Positions 16,289 to 24,814 of a DNA stretch of 32,000 nt are shown here, piece after piece. Both the position numbers and the translations under genes were made by a program. Position 1 is the stretch's first letter. Each line of letters starts with the position of its first letter. The DNA is from Pseudodesulfovibrio mercurii (GTDB lineage Bacteria; Desulfobacterota; Desulfovibrionia; Desulfovibrionales; Desulfovibrionaceae). The notes below the pieces were generated by a model. That model was not told where the DNA came from and searched no databases. It saw only the letters and a list, made by a program, of their open reading frames with translations. The DNA lies in the NCBI RefSeq assembly GCF_000189295.2, contig NC_016803.1, positions 3,330,001 to 3,362,000 on the forward strand, given 5' to 3'.

Positions 16289-16307
16289 TTTGTGTTTCAA
16301 ACACAAA
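16289..16307. promoter_or_regulatory. 19-bp perfect palindrome TTTGTGTTT-C-AAACACAAA, 26-44 nt upstream of the binding-protein start codon (candidate operator)
   Basis: Read directly from the sequence. It sits in an AT-rich patch between the ABC operon start (16263, minus strand) and the divergent ispG. Confidence 0.4.
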
Positions 16308-16580
16308 AATTGCTACGAATATGAAATCTGTAATACTACGCTGTTCCTAAATAAAAGGGACCGGCACGTCAAGAGGGAAATGAAAACGGACTGTTGGGGT
16401 TGGCTACCGCCCGAAGGGACGGACCCGGACCATGGGGGGGCGCCGGTCGGGGTGGGGCGGGGTGGTTCGCCGCCCGTGCCGTTGTTTGGCGTGTTGTCGG
16501 CCGGGTGGCGGACCGGGCCGCGTTTCCCCCTGCCGGGCCCCTTGGCTTGGCAACGGAAATTGCGTAACGTGCGTGTCCTT

Positions 16581-17654
16581 ATGCAGCGAAAACAGACAAG
16601 AGTCGTGAACATCGGGGGCGTGGGCATCGGCGGGGACAACCCGGTCCGGGTCCAGTCCATGTGCAACACGGACACGCGCGACGTCCCGGCCACCCTGGCC
16701 CAGATCGACCGGCTGGCCGAGGCCGGGTGCGAGATCGTGCGCCTGGCCGTGCCCGACGAGGCGGCGGCCGCCGTGCTCGCCGACATCCGCAGACAGTCTC
16801 CGGTGCCGCTCATCGCGGACATCCATTTCGACCACCGGCTGGCCCTGGCCGCGCTGGACGCGGGCTTCGACGGGCTGCGCATCAACCCCGGCAACATCGG
16901 GGACGAGGCCAAGGTGGACGCCGTGGTCCGGGCGGCCAAGGCGTGCGGCACGCCCATCCGTATCGGGGTCAACGGCGGGTCCCTGGAAAAGGACCTGCTC
17001 AGGCAATACGGCGGCCCCACGCCCGAGGCCATGGTCGAGTCGGGCCTGCGGCACGTGCGCATGCTCGAGGCGCGCGATTTCCACGACATCAAGATATCGC
17101 TCAAGACCTCGTCCGTGCTCAAGACCGTGGCGGCCTACCGGCTCATGTCCGAGCAGGTGGACTACCCCCTGCACATCGGCATCACCGAGGCGGGCACGCT
17201 GGTGCGCGGCGCGGTCAAGTCCTCGGTGGGGCTCGGCATCCTCCTCTACGAGGGCATCGGCGACACCATGCGCGTGTCCCTGACCCATGACCCCGTGGCC
17301 GAGATCGGCGTGGCCTACGAGATCCTGCGCAGCTTGGGCTTGCGGGAACGCGGCCCGGAGATTATATCCTGCCCCACCTGCGGCCGCACGGAGATCGGCC
17401 TGATCGACCTGGCCGAGCAGGTTGAGGCGGCGCTGAGGGGCGTCGAAGAGGTCTTCACCGTGGCCGTCATGGGCTGCGTGGTCAACGGGCCGGGCGAGGC
17501 GAAAGAGGCCGACATCGGCATCGCCGGGGGCCGCGACCTGGGCATCATCTTCCGCAAGGGCGAGGTGGTCCGCAAGGTCAGGGGCAACGCCAACCTGCTG
17601 CCCGAATTCATGAAAGAGATCGAGAAATTTCTGGAAGAAAGGAGAACCGACTAG
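16581..17654 (+). CDS. ispG: 4-hydroxy-3-methylbut-2-en-1-yl diphosphate synthase
   Basis: Starts MQRKQTRVVNIGGVGIGGDNPVRVQSMCNTDT at ATG 16581. IspG/GcpE blocks IVRLAVPD, PLIADIHFD, LRINPGNIG, CPTCGRT, MGCVVNGPGE. Confidence 0.92.
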   Translation: MQRKQTRVVNIGGVGIGGDNPVRVQSMCNTDTRDVPATLAQIDRLAEAGCEIVRLAVPDEAAAAVLADIRRQSPVPLIADIHFDHRLALAALDAGFDGLRINPGNIGDEAKVDAVVRAAKACGTPIRIGVNGGSLEKDLLRQYGGPTPEAMVESGLRHVRMLEARDFHDIKISLKTSSVLKTVAAYRLMSEQVDYPLHIGITEAGTLVRGAVKSSVGLGILLYEGIGDTMRVSLTHDPVAEIGVAYEILRSLGLRERGPEIISCPTCGRTEIGLIDLAEQVEAALRGVEEVFTVAVMGCVVNGPGEAKEADIGIAGGRDLGIIFRKGEVVRKVRGNANLLPEFMKEIEKFLEERRTD

Positions 17655-19397
17655 ATGCGTCTTTCCCGCTACTACATCCCGACCCTGAAGGAGGACCCGG
17701 CCGACGCCGAGGTGGTCTCCCACAAGCTCCTGATGCGCGCGGGCATGATCCGCAAGCTGACCAGCGGCATCTACAACTACCTGCCGCTGGGGCTGCGCGC
17801 CATCAACAAGGTGGCCCAGATCGTGCGCGAGGAGATGAACCGCGCGGGCGCGCTTGAGGTGCTCCTGCCCACGGTCCAGCCCGCCGACCTGTGGAGGGAG
17901 ACCGGCCGTTGGGACTACTACGGCAAGGAACTGCTCCGGTTCAAGGACCGCAACGACCGCGACTATTGCCTCGGCCCCACCCACGAGGAGGTCATCACCG
18001 ACCTGGTGCGCGGGGAGATCAAGTCCTACAAGCAGCTGCCGGTCAACCTCTACCAGGTCCAGACCAAGTTTCGCGACGAGATCCGCCCCCGGTTCGGGCT
18101 CATGCGCGGCCGCGAGTTCATCATGAAGGACGGCTACTCCTTCGACAAGGACGAGGCGGGGGCCGAGCAGTCCTACTGGGACATGTTCAACGCCTACAAG
18201 GCCGCCTTCACCCGCATCGGCCTGCGCTTCAAGCCGGTCCAGGCGGACTCCGGGGCCATCGGCGGGAGCTTTTCCCATGAATTCATGGTCCTGGCCGAGA
18301 CCGGCGAGGACACCATCGCCTCCTGCCTGTCCTGCGACTTCGCGGCCAACCTGGAGAAGGCCAAGGTCAACGCCCCCAAGGGCGCGCCCGCCGACGAGTC
18401 GGTCGTGCCGCTCATGGAGGAGGTCGCCACCCCCGGCGCGCACACCGTGGAGGAGGTCTGCACCTTCCTCGGCATTCCCGCCGACAGGCTGGTCAAGACC
18501 CTGCTCTTCGTGGTGGACGGCAAGCCCGTGGCCGGGCTGGTGCGCGGCGACCGCGAGCTGAACGACGTCAAGCTGCGCAACCTGGTGGGCGGCAACGAGA
18601 TCGAGCTGGCCGACGAGGCCCTGGTCCGCAAGCTGACGGGCGCGCCCGTGGGCTTTGCCGGTCCCGCCGGGCTGGACCCCGAGGTGCCGATCTATGCCGA
18701 CCACGAGCTGCTGGCCGGGACCGACTGGGTGGCCGGAGCCAACAAGGGCGACACCCACGTCCTGCACCTGGCGCTGGGCCGCGACTGCGACATCGTCCAG
18801 TATGCGGACCTGCGGGTCATCGAGCCCACGGACGCCTGCCCGGAATGCGGCGGCGCCATCGAGTTCACCAAGGGCATCGAGGTGGGCCACGTGTTCAAGC
18901 TCGGGCTCAAGTATTCCAAGAAGATGGAAGCCACCTTCCTGGACGAGAACGGCAAGTCCCAGTACATGATCATGGGTTGCTACGGCATCGGCGTTTCGCG
19001 CATCGTGGCCTCGGCCATCGAGCAGAACTTCGACGAGAACGGCTGCTGCTTCCCGCCGTCCATCGCGCCCTTCGAGGTCTGCCTGATCTCGCTCGGCGGC
19101 AAGGACCAGGACGTGGCCGACAAGGCCGAGGAGCTCTATGCCGAACTGATGAAGCTCGGCGTGGACGTGGCCTTCGACGACCGGGGCGAGCGTCCCGGCG
19201 TCAAGTTCGCCGAGGCCGATCTGATCGGCTACCCCATGCAGCTGGTGCTCGGCGGCAAGGGCCTCAAGAACGGCATCATCGAGGCCAAGGACCGCAAGAC
19301 CGGCGAAAAGGTCGAGCTGCCCCTCGACACCTTCGCCGCGTCCTTCGCCGACTGGCGAAATCAGATCTGGAATAACTGGGGACTTGAGACCCCATAG
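17655..19397 (+). CDS. proS: Proline--tRNA ligase (bacterial type with INS editing domain)
   Basis: [46 protein letters not shown]. Class II motifs [17 protein letters not shown] and GCYGIGVSR. 580 aa. The ATG directly follows the ispG TAG. Confidence 0.95.
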   Translation: MRLSRYYIPTLKEDPADAEVVSHKLLMRAGMIRKLTSGIYNYLPLGLRAINKVAQIVREEMNRAGALEVLLPTVQPADLWRETGRWDYYGKELLRFKDRNDRDYCLGPTHEEVITDLVRGEIKSYKQLPVNLYQVQTKFRDEIRPRFGLMRGREFIMKDGYSFDKDEAGAEQSYWDMFNAYKAAFTRIGLRFKPVQADSGAIGGSFSHEFMVLAETGEDTIASCLSCDFAANLEKAKVNAPKGAPADESVVPLMEEVATPGAHTVEEVCTFLGIPADRLVKTLLFVVDGKPVAGLVRGDRELNDVKLRNLVGGNEIELADEALVRKLTGAPVGFAGPAGLDPEVPIYADHELLAGTDWVAGANKGDTHVLHLALGRDCDIVQYADLRVIEPTDACPECGGAIEFTKGIEVGHVFKLGLKYSKKMEATFLDENGKSQYMIMGCYGIGVSRIVASAIEQNFDENGCCFPPSIAPFEVCLISLGGKDQDVADKAEELYAELMKLGVDVAFDDRGERPGVKFAEADLIGYPMQLVLGGKGLKNGIIEAKDRKTGEKVELPLDTFAASFADWRNQIWNNWGLETP

Positions 19398-19422
19398 ATT
19401 CCGGACATATATCGTCATGCCA

Positions 19423-19457
19423 ACCCGGCGCGGAATCGACCGCGCCGGGTTTTTTTA
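19423..19457 (+). terminator. Rho-independent terminator of ispG-proS
   Basis: Stem acccggcgcgg / ccgcgccgggt (11 bp), loop aatcga, followed by T8 including the last stem base (19450-19457). Confidence 0.85.
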
Positions 19458-19525
19458 TTGTCGGTCCGGTCCGCCGGGTGGTATGCCACGGATTGACCGG
19501 ACACAACCTTCGGGAGAGAGAGAAA

Positions 19526-20137
19526 ATGACGTTGGAAAGTGGAATCGCGCTGGCATTGGCCACGCTGGTGTTCGCGTGCATACCAGGGCCGGGGATTTCG
19601 GCCGTGGTGGCGCAGTCCCTGGCGCGCGGGTTCAAGGCCGGGGCGGGGTTCACCTGCGGGCTGGCCCTGGGCGATGTGTGTTACCTGCTCACGGCCCTGT
19701 TCGGCATGGGCTGGGTCGCCTCGCAGATCGGGCCGTATTTCGCGGTCCTCAAGTGGGCGGGCGCGGCCTATCTCATCTACATGGGCGTGAAGTGCTGGCG
19801 GGCCAGGCCGAATTTCGAACAGGCGCGGTGCGATCTGCCGGTCCGTCCGGGCCGCAGCTTCCTGGCCGGGCTGTGCGTGACGCTCGGCAACCCCAAGGCC
19901 ATCGCCTTTTATTGCGGTTTCCTGCCCGGCTTCGTGGACATGGCGTCCCTGACCGCCACCGACGTGGCTTTGGTCATGGGCATCATCGTCCCGATCATCG
20001 GTACGGTCCCGCTGGTCTACGCCTGGCTGGCCGCGCGCGGCCGCAACGCCATCCGCTCGACACGGCTGTGGAAGATCATGAACCGCACGGCGGGCACGAT
20101 CATGATCGGCGCGGGCGCGGCCATCGCGTCGGAGTAG
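19526..20137 (+). CDS. LysE/RhtB-family amino-acid exporter
   Basis: Starts MTLESGIALALATLVFACIPGPG at ATG 19526, after a GGGAGAGAGAG SD. About 200 aa with six hydrophobic segments. The N-terminal PGP motif is typical of the LysE family. Confidence 0.8.
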   Translation: MTLESGIALALATLVFACIPGPGISAVVAQSLARGFKAGAGFTCGLALGDVCYLLTALFGMGWVASQIGPYFAVLKWAGAAYLIYMGVKCWRARPNFEQARCDLPVRPGRSFLAGLCVTLGNPKAIAFYCGFLPGFVDMASLTATDVALVMGIIVPIIGTVPLVYAWLAARGRNAIRSTRLWKIMNRTAGTIMIGAGAAIASE

Positions 20138-20225
20138 TCACTGTAATGTAAATCAACCGCCCCCGTCCCCCTCCCACCCCGCGAAGCGGCGATAAAAAGT
20201 TTAGGAAAGGAAGGGGATGGGGGTC

Positions 20226-20280
20226 CGGGGGAAGGGGAAGGAAAAGCCCTTTTCAAAGGGTTTTCCTTCCCCTTCCCCCG
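20226..20280. repeat. Polypurine/polypyrimidine hairpin (about 23 bp of pairing with one bulge) in the lysE-xseA spacer
   Basis: cgggggaaggggaaggaaaa (20226-20245) pairs perfectly with ttttccttccccttcccccg (20261-20280). Inside that, g20246 is bulged and ccc/ggg pair. No U-tract follows. Confidence 0.6.
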
Positions 20281-20296
20281 GCCGCCGGAGGCATCT

Positions 20297-21787
20297 TTGT
20301 CCAACATTCTGACCGTTTCCGAGCTGACCAAGTCCGTCAAGGCGCTGCTGGAGGCCGAGTTCCCGTTCGTGTGGGTGCGGGGGCAGGTCAGCAATCTGGC
20401 GCGTCCGGCGTCCGGGCACGTGTATTTCACGCTGACGGACGGGGACGCGGCGCTGTCGGTGGTCTGGTTCAAGTCCTCGCAGCGGTCGGCCGAACCGGTC
20501 CGGCAGGGCGGGGACATGGTCAACCCGCTGACCGGGGAGATCGAGGAGACCGAGGGCGGCACGGCGCTGACCGGGAGCGGCCTGGAGGACGGCCTGGAGG
20601 TGCTCTGCGCCGGGCGGCTGAACGTGTACGAGCCGCGCGGCCAGTACCAGCTGGTGGCCGAACTGGTCCAGGCCCGGGGCGTGGGCGACCTGGCCGTGGC
20701 CTTCGAGGCGCTGAAGAAGAAACTGGCGGAGAAGGGATATTTCGACGAGGACCGCAAGCTCGGCCTGCCGCGCGACCCCAGGCGGGTGGCGGTGATCACC
20801 TCGAAATCCGGGGCGGCCATCCGGGATTTCCTGCGCATCGCGGACACGCGCGGCACCGGGGCCGAAATACGGATTTATCCGGTGCTGGTCCAGGGCGACC
20901 GCGCGCCGGGCCAGATTGCGGCGGCGCTGGACCTGGTGGACGCCGAGGGCTGGGCCGAGGTGGCCGTGCTTATCCGGGGTGGCGGATCGCTGGAGGATTT
21001 GTGGGCCTTCAACACCGAGGCGGTGGCGGACGCCATCTACCGGGCGCGGCTGCCGGTGCTGACCGGCGTGGGCCACGAGCCGGACGTGTCCATCGCGGAT
21101 TTCGTGGCCGACAAGCGCGCGGCCACCCCGTCCCACGCGGCCCAGGAGCTGTGGCCCAGGCGCGAGACCCTGGCCCAGCGGGTGGACGCGCTGGACCTGG
21201 GGTTGAACCGGGCCTATGAGGGCTGGCTGTCGGACAAGGCGGGGGCGTTCGAGCAGTTGCGCAAGGCGCTGGTCTGGCTGTCGCCCGCCCGGCGACTGGA
21301 GCGCATGGAGGACCGCTTTTCCGCGCTCATGGCCCGTTTGCAGGGGGCCGGGCTGGACCACTATTTCGACCGGGCCGGGGAGACCGTGCGCGCGGCCGAG
21401 GGACTGGACCGCGCCTTCGGCACGCACCGGCTGGACGGCCTGTCGCGCGACGCGGCCGGGCTGGCGCGCCGCCTGGAACGGGCCTTCGGACCGGAGCGGG
21501 TGGACCGGCTGGCCGAGGGCGTGGCCGGGCTCGGCCAGCGGCTGACCTCATCCGGGCAGGGGCGGCTGGACGGCATGGCCCAGCGGCTGGCCGTGCTGGA
21601 GACCGGACTGCGCGGGCTGGACCCGGAAGGGCCGCTCGAACGCGGCTACGCCCTGGTGCGCGTGGCCGGGACCGGCGAATTTCTGCGCGACCCGAGACGG
21701 GTGACGAAGGGCGACGCACTTGATATCACGGTCCGTGACGGCCGCGTGGCGGCCACGGTCACGGACACTCGACCCAACGAGGAATGA
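20297..21787 (+). CDS. xseA: Exodeoxyribonuclease VII large subunit
   Basis: N-terminal OB-fold signature LTVSELTKSVKALLEAEFPFVWVRGQVSNLARPASGHVYFTLTD...NVYEPRGQYQL. Catalytic-domain block RVAVITSKSGAAIRD...VLIRGGGSLEDLWAFN...PVLTGVGHEPD, followed by a long C-terminal coiled-coil region. TTG start as listed, so the start is uncertain. Confidence 0.88.
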   Translation: MSNILTVSELTKSVKALLEAEFPFVWVRGQVSNLARPASGHVYFTLTDGDAALSVVWFKSSQRSAEPVRQGGDMVNPLTGEIEETEGGTALTGSGLEDGLEVLCAGRLNVYEPRGQYQLVAELVQARGVGDLAVAFEALKKKLAEKGYFDEDRKLGLPRDPRRVAVITSKSGAAIRDFLRIADTRGTGAEIRIYPVLVQGDRAPGQIAAALDLVDAEGWAEVAVLIRGGGSLEDLWAFNTEAVADAIYRARLPVLTGVGHEPDVSIADFVADKRAATPSHAAQELWPRRETLAQRVDALDLGLNRAYEGWLSDKAGAFEQLRKALVWLSPARRLERMEDRFSALMARLQGAGLDHYFDRAGETVRAAEGLDRAFGTHRLDGLSRDAAGLARRLERAFGPERVDRLAEGVAGLGQRLTSSGQGRLDGMAQRLAVLETGLRGLDPEGPLERGYALVRVAGTGEFLRDPRRVTKGDALDITVRDGRVAATVTDTRPNEE

Positions 21788-21793
21788 CGGTTT

Positions 21794-22696
21794 ATGCGAC
21801 GGTTTTTGTGGATGGTGTTTATGGCGGCCCTGCTGGGCCTTCCCCTGAACGGACCGGTCCGGGCCGCCGACGCGATGTCCGCTCTGGTGCTGGCCGCACC
21901 GCGCAGCGCCGGGGTGGGCAAGGCTTTCCTGGTGCGGCTGACCTCGGATCGGCCGCTGGCGGCCGTATCCGTGCGCTGGCAGGGGCGCGAGGTGGCCCCG
22001 TCCGTCTCGGTCTGGAACGGCCATCACGTGGCCCTGGCCATGCTCGGCACGGACGTGCTCACCGAACGGCCCGGCAAGGAGGAGCTGGTGGTCACGGCCT
22101 CGGTGGACGGGCGGGAGCGGACCCTGCGCCGGACCGTGCGCATCACTCCGGAGGACTATCCGAAGCAGGAGCTGACCCTGCCCGAGAAGATGGTCACCCC
22201 GCCCAAGGACGTCCACGCCCGCATCGCGGCCGAGGGCGAGCAGACCTCGGCGGCAAAGCGCACGGTCTCGGCCGTGCGGCAGTGGCACCTGCCGCTGGAG
22301 CGGCCCGTGGACGGCGTCGTCCTGTCCGTCTATGGGTCGCAGCGCATCCTCAACGGCAAGCCCAGGAACCCGCATCGGGGGCTCGATTTCCGCTCGGCCA
22401 AGGGCAACCCGGTCAGGTGCGTGGACGACGGCCGGGTCATCCTGGTGGGCGACCACTACTACGCGGGCAACTCGGTCTACGTGGACCACGGCAACGGGGT
22501 GGTCTCCATGTACTTCCACCTGTCCGAGTCCACGGTGAAGGTCGGCGACGCGGTCAGGCGCGGCCAGACCATCGGCCTGACGGGCATGACCGGCCGGGCC
22601 ACCGGGCCGCACCTGCACTTCTCCCTGTCGGTCCAGGGCGACCTGGTCGATCCCGCGCCGCTCTTCCGGGACTCGGCAGACAGCCTGCTGCAATGA
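21794..22696 (+). CDS. M23 (LytM-type) peptidoglycan endopeptidase, secreted
   Basis: Signal peptide MRRFLWMVFMAALLGLPLNGPVRA. HxxxD (HRGLD) and HxH (PHLHF) zinc motifs are intact, and the VDHGNGVVSMYFHL block is present. Confidence 0.88.
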   Translation: MRRFLWMVFMAALLGLPLNGPVRAADAMSALVLAAPRSAGVGKAFLVRLTSDRPLAAVSVRWQGREVAPSVSVWNGHHVALAMLGTDVLTERPGKEELVVTASVDGRERTLRRTVRITPEDYPKQELTLPEKMVTPPKDVHARIAAEGEQTSAAKRTVSAVRQWHLPLERPVDGVVLSVYGSQRILNGKPRNPHRGLDFRSAKGNPVRCVDDGRVILVGDHYYAGNSVYVDHGNGVVSMYFHLSESTVKVGDAVRRGQTIGLTGMTGRATGPHLHFSLSVQGDLVDPAPLFRDSADSLLQ

Positions 22697-22716
22697 CGGA
22701 TTGTCGATAGATTTCG

Positions 22717-23640
22717 ATGAGTTCGCACACGCATTTTCAACGGCGGCTTTGGCCGCTCCTGTATGCCCTCGCCTTTCTGGCCTGCCTGTCGGCCACGGCC
22801 GAGGCCGGGGACATGGTCGAGGTCCTGGCCCCGGAGCGGGTCGGGACGGGCAAGCCGTTCCTGGTGCGCATCGCCACCTGGTACCCGTTGGAGGACCTGG
22901 AGGTGCGCTGGAACGGGCGCGGCGTGCACCCGTCCGTGACCCGGACCGGCGAACAGTCCGAGGCCGAGGTCCTGCTCGGCGCGGACCTGCGCGGCGAGCC
23001 CGGCGACCATTCCGTGGAGGTCGTGGCCCGCATCTGGGGGCATGAGCGGCGTTTTTCGCGGACCGTCGAGGTCGTCGAGTCCCAATGGGAGACCGAGACC
23101 CTGACCGTGCCTCCGAAGATGGTCCGTCCGCCGGAGTCCGAGCGGGCGCGCATCGAGGGGGAACGCGAGATGCTGCGGGCCGCCCTGGCCGAGGTCTCGC
23201 CCGAGCGGTACTGGACCGTTCCCTTTTTCCGGCCGGTCAGGGGCAGGATGCTCAGCCGGTTCGGGCTGTTCCGGACCTTCAACGGCAACGTGGCCGCCCG
23301 GCACACGGGCCTGGATTTCCGGGCCTGGCTCGGCACGCCCATCCATGCCGCGGCCGCCGGAAGAGTTGTCCTTGTCCACGCTTTCTATTATGGCGGAAAC
23401 AGCGTCCTCGTGGACCACGGCAACGGATTTTTCACCCTGTATTGCCACCTGTCCGAGACAAGCGTACGGGAAGGCGATATGGTCGAGGCCGGCCGGGTGG
23501 TCGGCCTGTCCGGGGCCACCGGGCGGGTCACGGGCGCGCACCTGCACCTGGCCGCCTTCGTGCTCGGCGCAGTGGTCGATCCGGAGGTTTTATTCCAGAC
23601 GTCCGGCGACAATATGCCGGAATTGTGGAAGATTGATTAA
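22717..23640 (+). CDS. M23 (LytM-type) peptidoglycan endopeptidase, secreted; full-length paralogue of the preceding gene
   Basis: Signal peptide ...LLYALAFLACLSATAEA. HTGLD and AHLHL motifs are intact, and the VDHGNGFFTLYCHL block is present. The N-terminal ~150 aa align with the preceding protein (GKAFLVRL/GKPFLVRI, VRWQGREV/VRWNGRGV, LTLPEKMVTPP/LTVPPKMVRPP). Confidence 0.88.
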   Translation: MSSHTHFQRRLWPLLYALAFLACLSATAEAGDMVEVLAPERVGTGKPFLVRIATWYPLEDLEVRWNGRGVHPSVTRTGEQSEAEVLLGADLRGEPGDHSVEVVARIWGHERRFSRTVEVVESQWETETLTVPPKMVRPPESERARIEGEREMLRAALAEVSPERYWTVPFFRPVRGRMLSRFGLFRTFNGNVAARHTGLDFRAWLGTPIHAAAAGRVVLVHAFYYGGNSVLVDHGNGFFTLYCHLSETSVREGDMVEAGRVVGLSGATGRVTGAHLHLAAFVLGAVVDPEVLFQTSGDNMPELWKID

Positions 23641-23660
23641 TTCAGCCCAGGGAGGACCCC

Positions 23661-23903
23661 GTGGCGAACGATACATTTGAAGACCGCCTGGAGCGGCTGA
23701 AGCTCGTGGTGGAACAGCTCGAGCGCGGCGATCTGCCCCTTGAGGAGGGCGTGGCCCTGTACAAGGAGGGGCTGACGCTGGTCAAGGCGTGCGGCAAGCA
23801 GCTGGAGACCGCCCGGCACGAGGTCAAGCTCGTGTCCGAGGGGCTGGTCCGGGAGTTCGACGCCCTGGAGGCGCTGGCCTCGGACACGGAGGACGAGCAG
23901 TGA
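23661..23903 (+). CDS. xseB: Exodeoxyribonuclease VII small subunit
   Basis: 80 aa. FEDRLERLKLVVEQLERGDLPLEEGVALYKEGLTLVKACGKQLETARHEV matches the XseB helical hairpin signature. GTG start. Confidence 0.88.
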   Translation: MANDTFEDRLERLKLVVEQLERGDLPLEEGVALYKEGLTLVKACGKQLETARHEVKLVSEGLVREFDALEALASDTEDEQ

Positions 23904-24793
23904 CCTTCAAGGAAGACCTCGGCCGCCGCGCGGCCCTCGTTGAGGCGTATCTGGTCGGCTGCCTGCGGGACCGCAACATCCCGGCGCGGCTGCTCGCGTC
24001 CATGGAATATTCCCTGCTGGCCGGGGGCAAGCGGCTGCGGCCCGTGCTGGTCCTGGCCTGGAACGGCCTGCTCGGCGGGGACGCGGACAAGGCCATGCCC
24101 TTTGCCGCCTCCATGGAGTGCATCCACACCTATTCGCTGATCCACGACGACCTGCCCGCCATGGACGACGACGACCTGCGGCGCGGGCGGCCGTCCAACC
24201 ACAAGCAGTTCGACGAGGCCACGGCCATCCTGGCGGGCGACGGCCTGCTGACCGAGGCCTTCGTGCTCATGACCGAGACGTGCCTGGTCAAGGGGCTGCC
24301 CGCCGAGCGCGTGCTCCGGGCCATTGCGGTCCTGGCGCGGGCGGCCGGATCGGGCGGCATGGTCGGCGGCCAGGCCGTGGACATGGAGCTGACCGGGCGC
24401 ACCGGCGTGCCCCTCGATGAACTGAAGAAGATGCACGCCATGAAGACCGGGGCCCTGCTGACCGCGGCCTGCGAGTGCGGGGCCATCCTGGCCGGGGCGG
24501 CGGAGAGCGACGTGGACAACGCCCGGCGGTTCGGGCGTAAAATCGGCGTGGCCTTCCAGATCGTGGACGACGTGCTCGACGTGGTCGGCGACACCGCCAC
24601 CCTGGGCAAGCCCGTGGGCAGCGACGAGGCCATGGGCAAGACCACCTATCCCTCGCTTCTCGGCCTGGACAGGAGCAAGACCCTGGCCAGGGAGTATGTC
24701 GACGAGGCCTTGACCAATTTATCCGGCTACTTCGGGTGCGAACAGGAGTTCCTGTGGCAATTGGCCCGATACATAGTGGACAGGGTGTATTGA
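23900..24793 (+). CDS. ispA: (2E,6E)-farnesyl/geranyl diphosphate synthase (short-chain trans-prenyltransferase)
   Basis: GTG 23900 overlaps the xseB TGA (GTGA). First Asp-rich motif LIHDDLPAMDDDDLRRGRP and second motif FQIVDDVLD. The listed upstream ATG 23789 lies inside xseB. Confidence 0.88.
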   Translation: MTFKEDLGRRAALVEAYLVGCLRDRNIPARLLASMEYSLLAGGKRLRPVLVLAWNGLLGGDADKAMPFAASMECIHTYSLIHDDLPAMDDDDLRRGRPSNHKQFDEATAILAGDGLLTEAFVLMTETCLVKGLPAERVLRAIAVLARAAGSGGMVGGQAVDMELTGRTGVPLDELKKMHAMKTGALLTAACECGAILAGAAESDVDNARRFGRKIGVAFQIVDDVLDVVGDTATLGKPVGSDEAMGKTTYPSLLGLDRSKTLAREYVDEALTNLSGYFGCEQEFLWQLARYIVDRVY

Positions 24794-24814
24794 TTGAACT
24801 AGGATTTCCCACTC

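Noticed and set aside
13334-16306. A 990-aa ORF that could be read as one giant protein.
   Set aside because: Only its last 251 codons (from ATG 14089) carry ABC ATPase motifs. The upstream part overlaps, out of frame, the well-supported permease and binding-protein genes on the same strand.
16547-16565. Sigma-54-like promoter TGGCAA-cggaaa-TTGCG just upstream of ispG.
   Set aside because: The GG and GC dinucleotides are separated by 11 nt rather than the strictly required 10. The element also sits only ~17 nt from the start codon of a housekeeping gene.
16264-16580. Cobalamin or Moco riboswitch in the leader of the FecB/BtuF-type importer.
   Set aside because: There are fragments reminiscent of the cobalamin core (AGGGAAA, ACTGT on the + strand; GGTCCGCCAC on the - strand). 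I found no B12-box (AGYCMGGAGACCKGCC-like) or Moco CCUCCGAG core on either strand, and the best fragments are on the wrong strand for the transporter. This needs an Rfam scan to settle.
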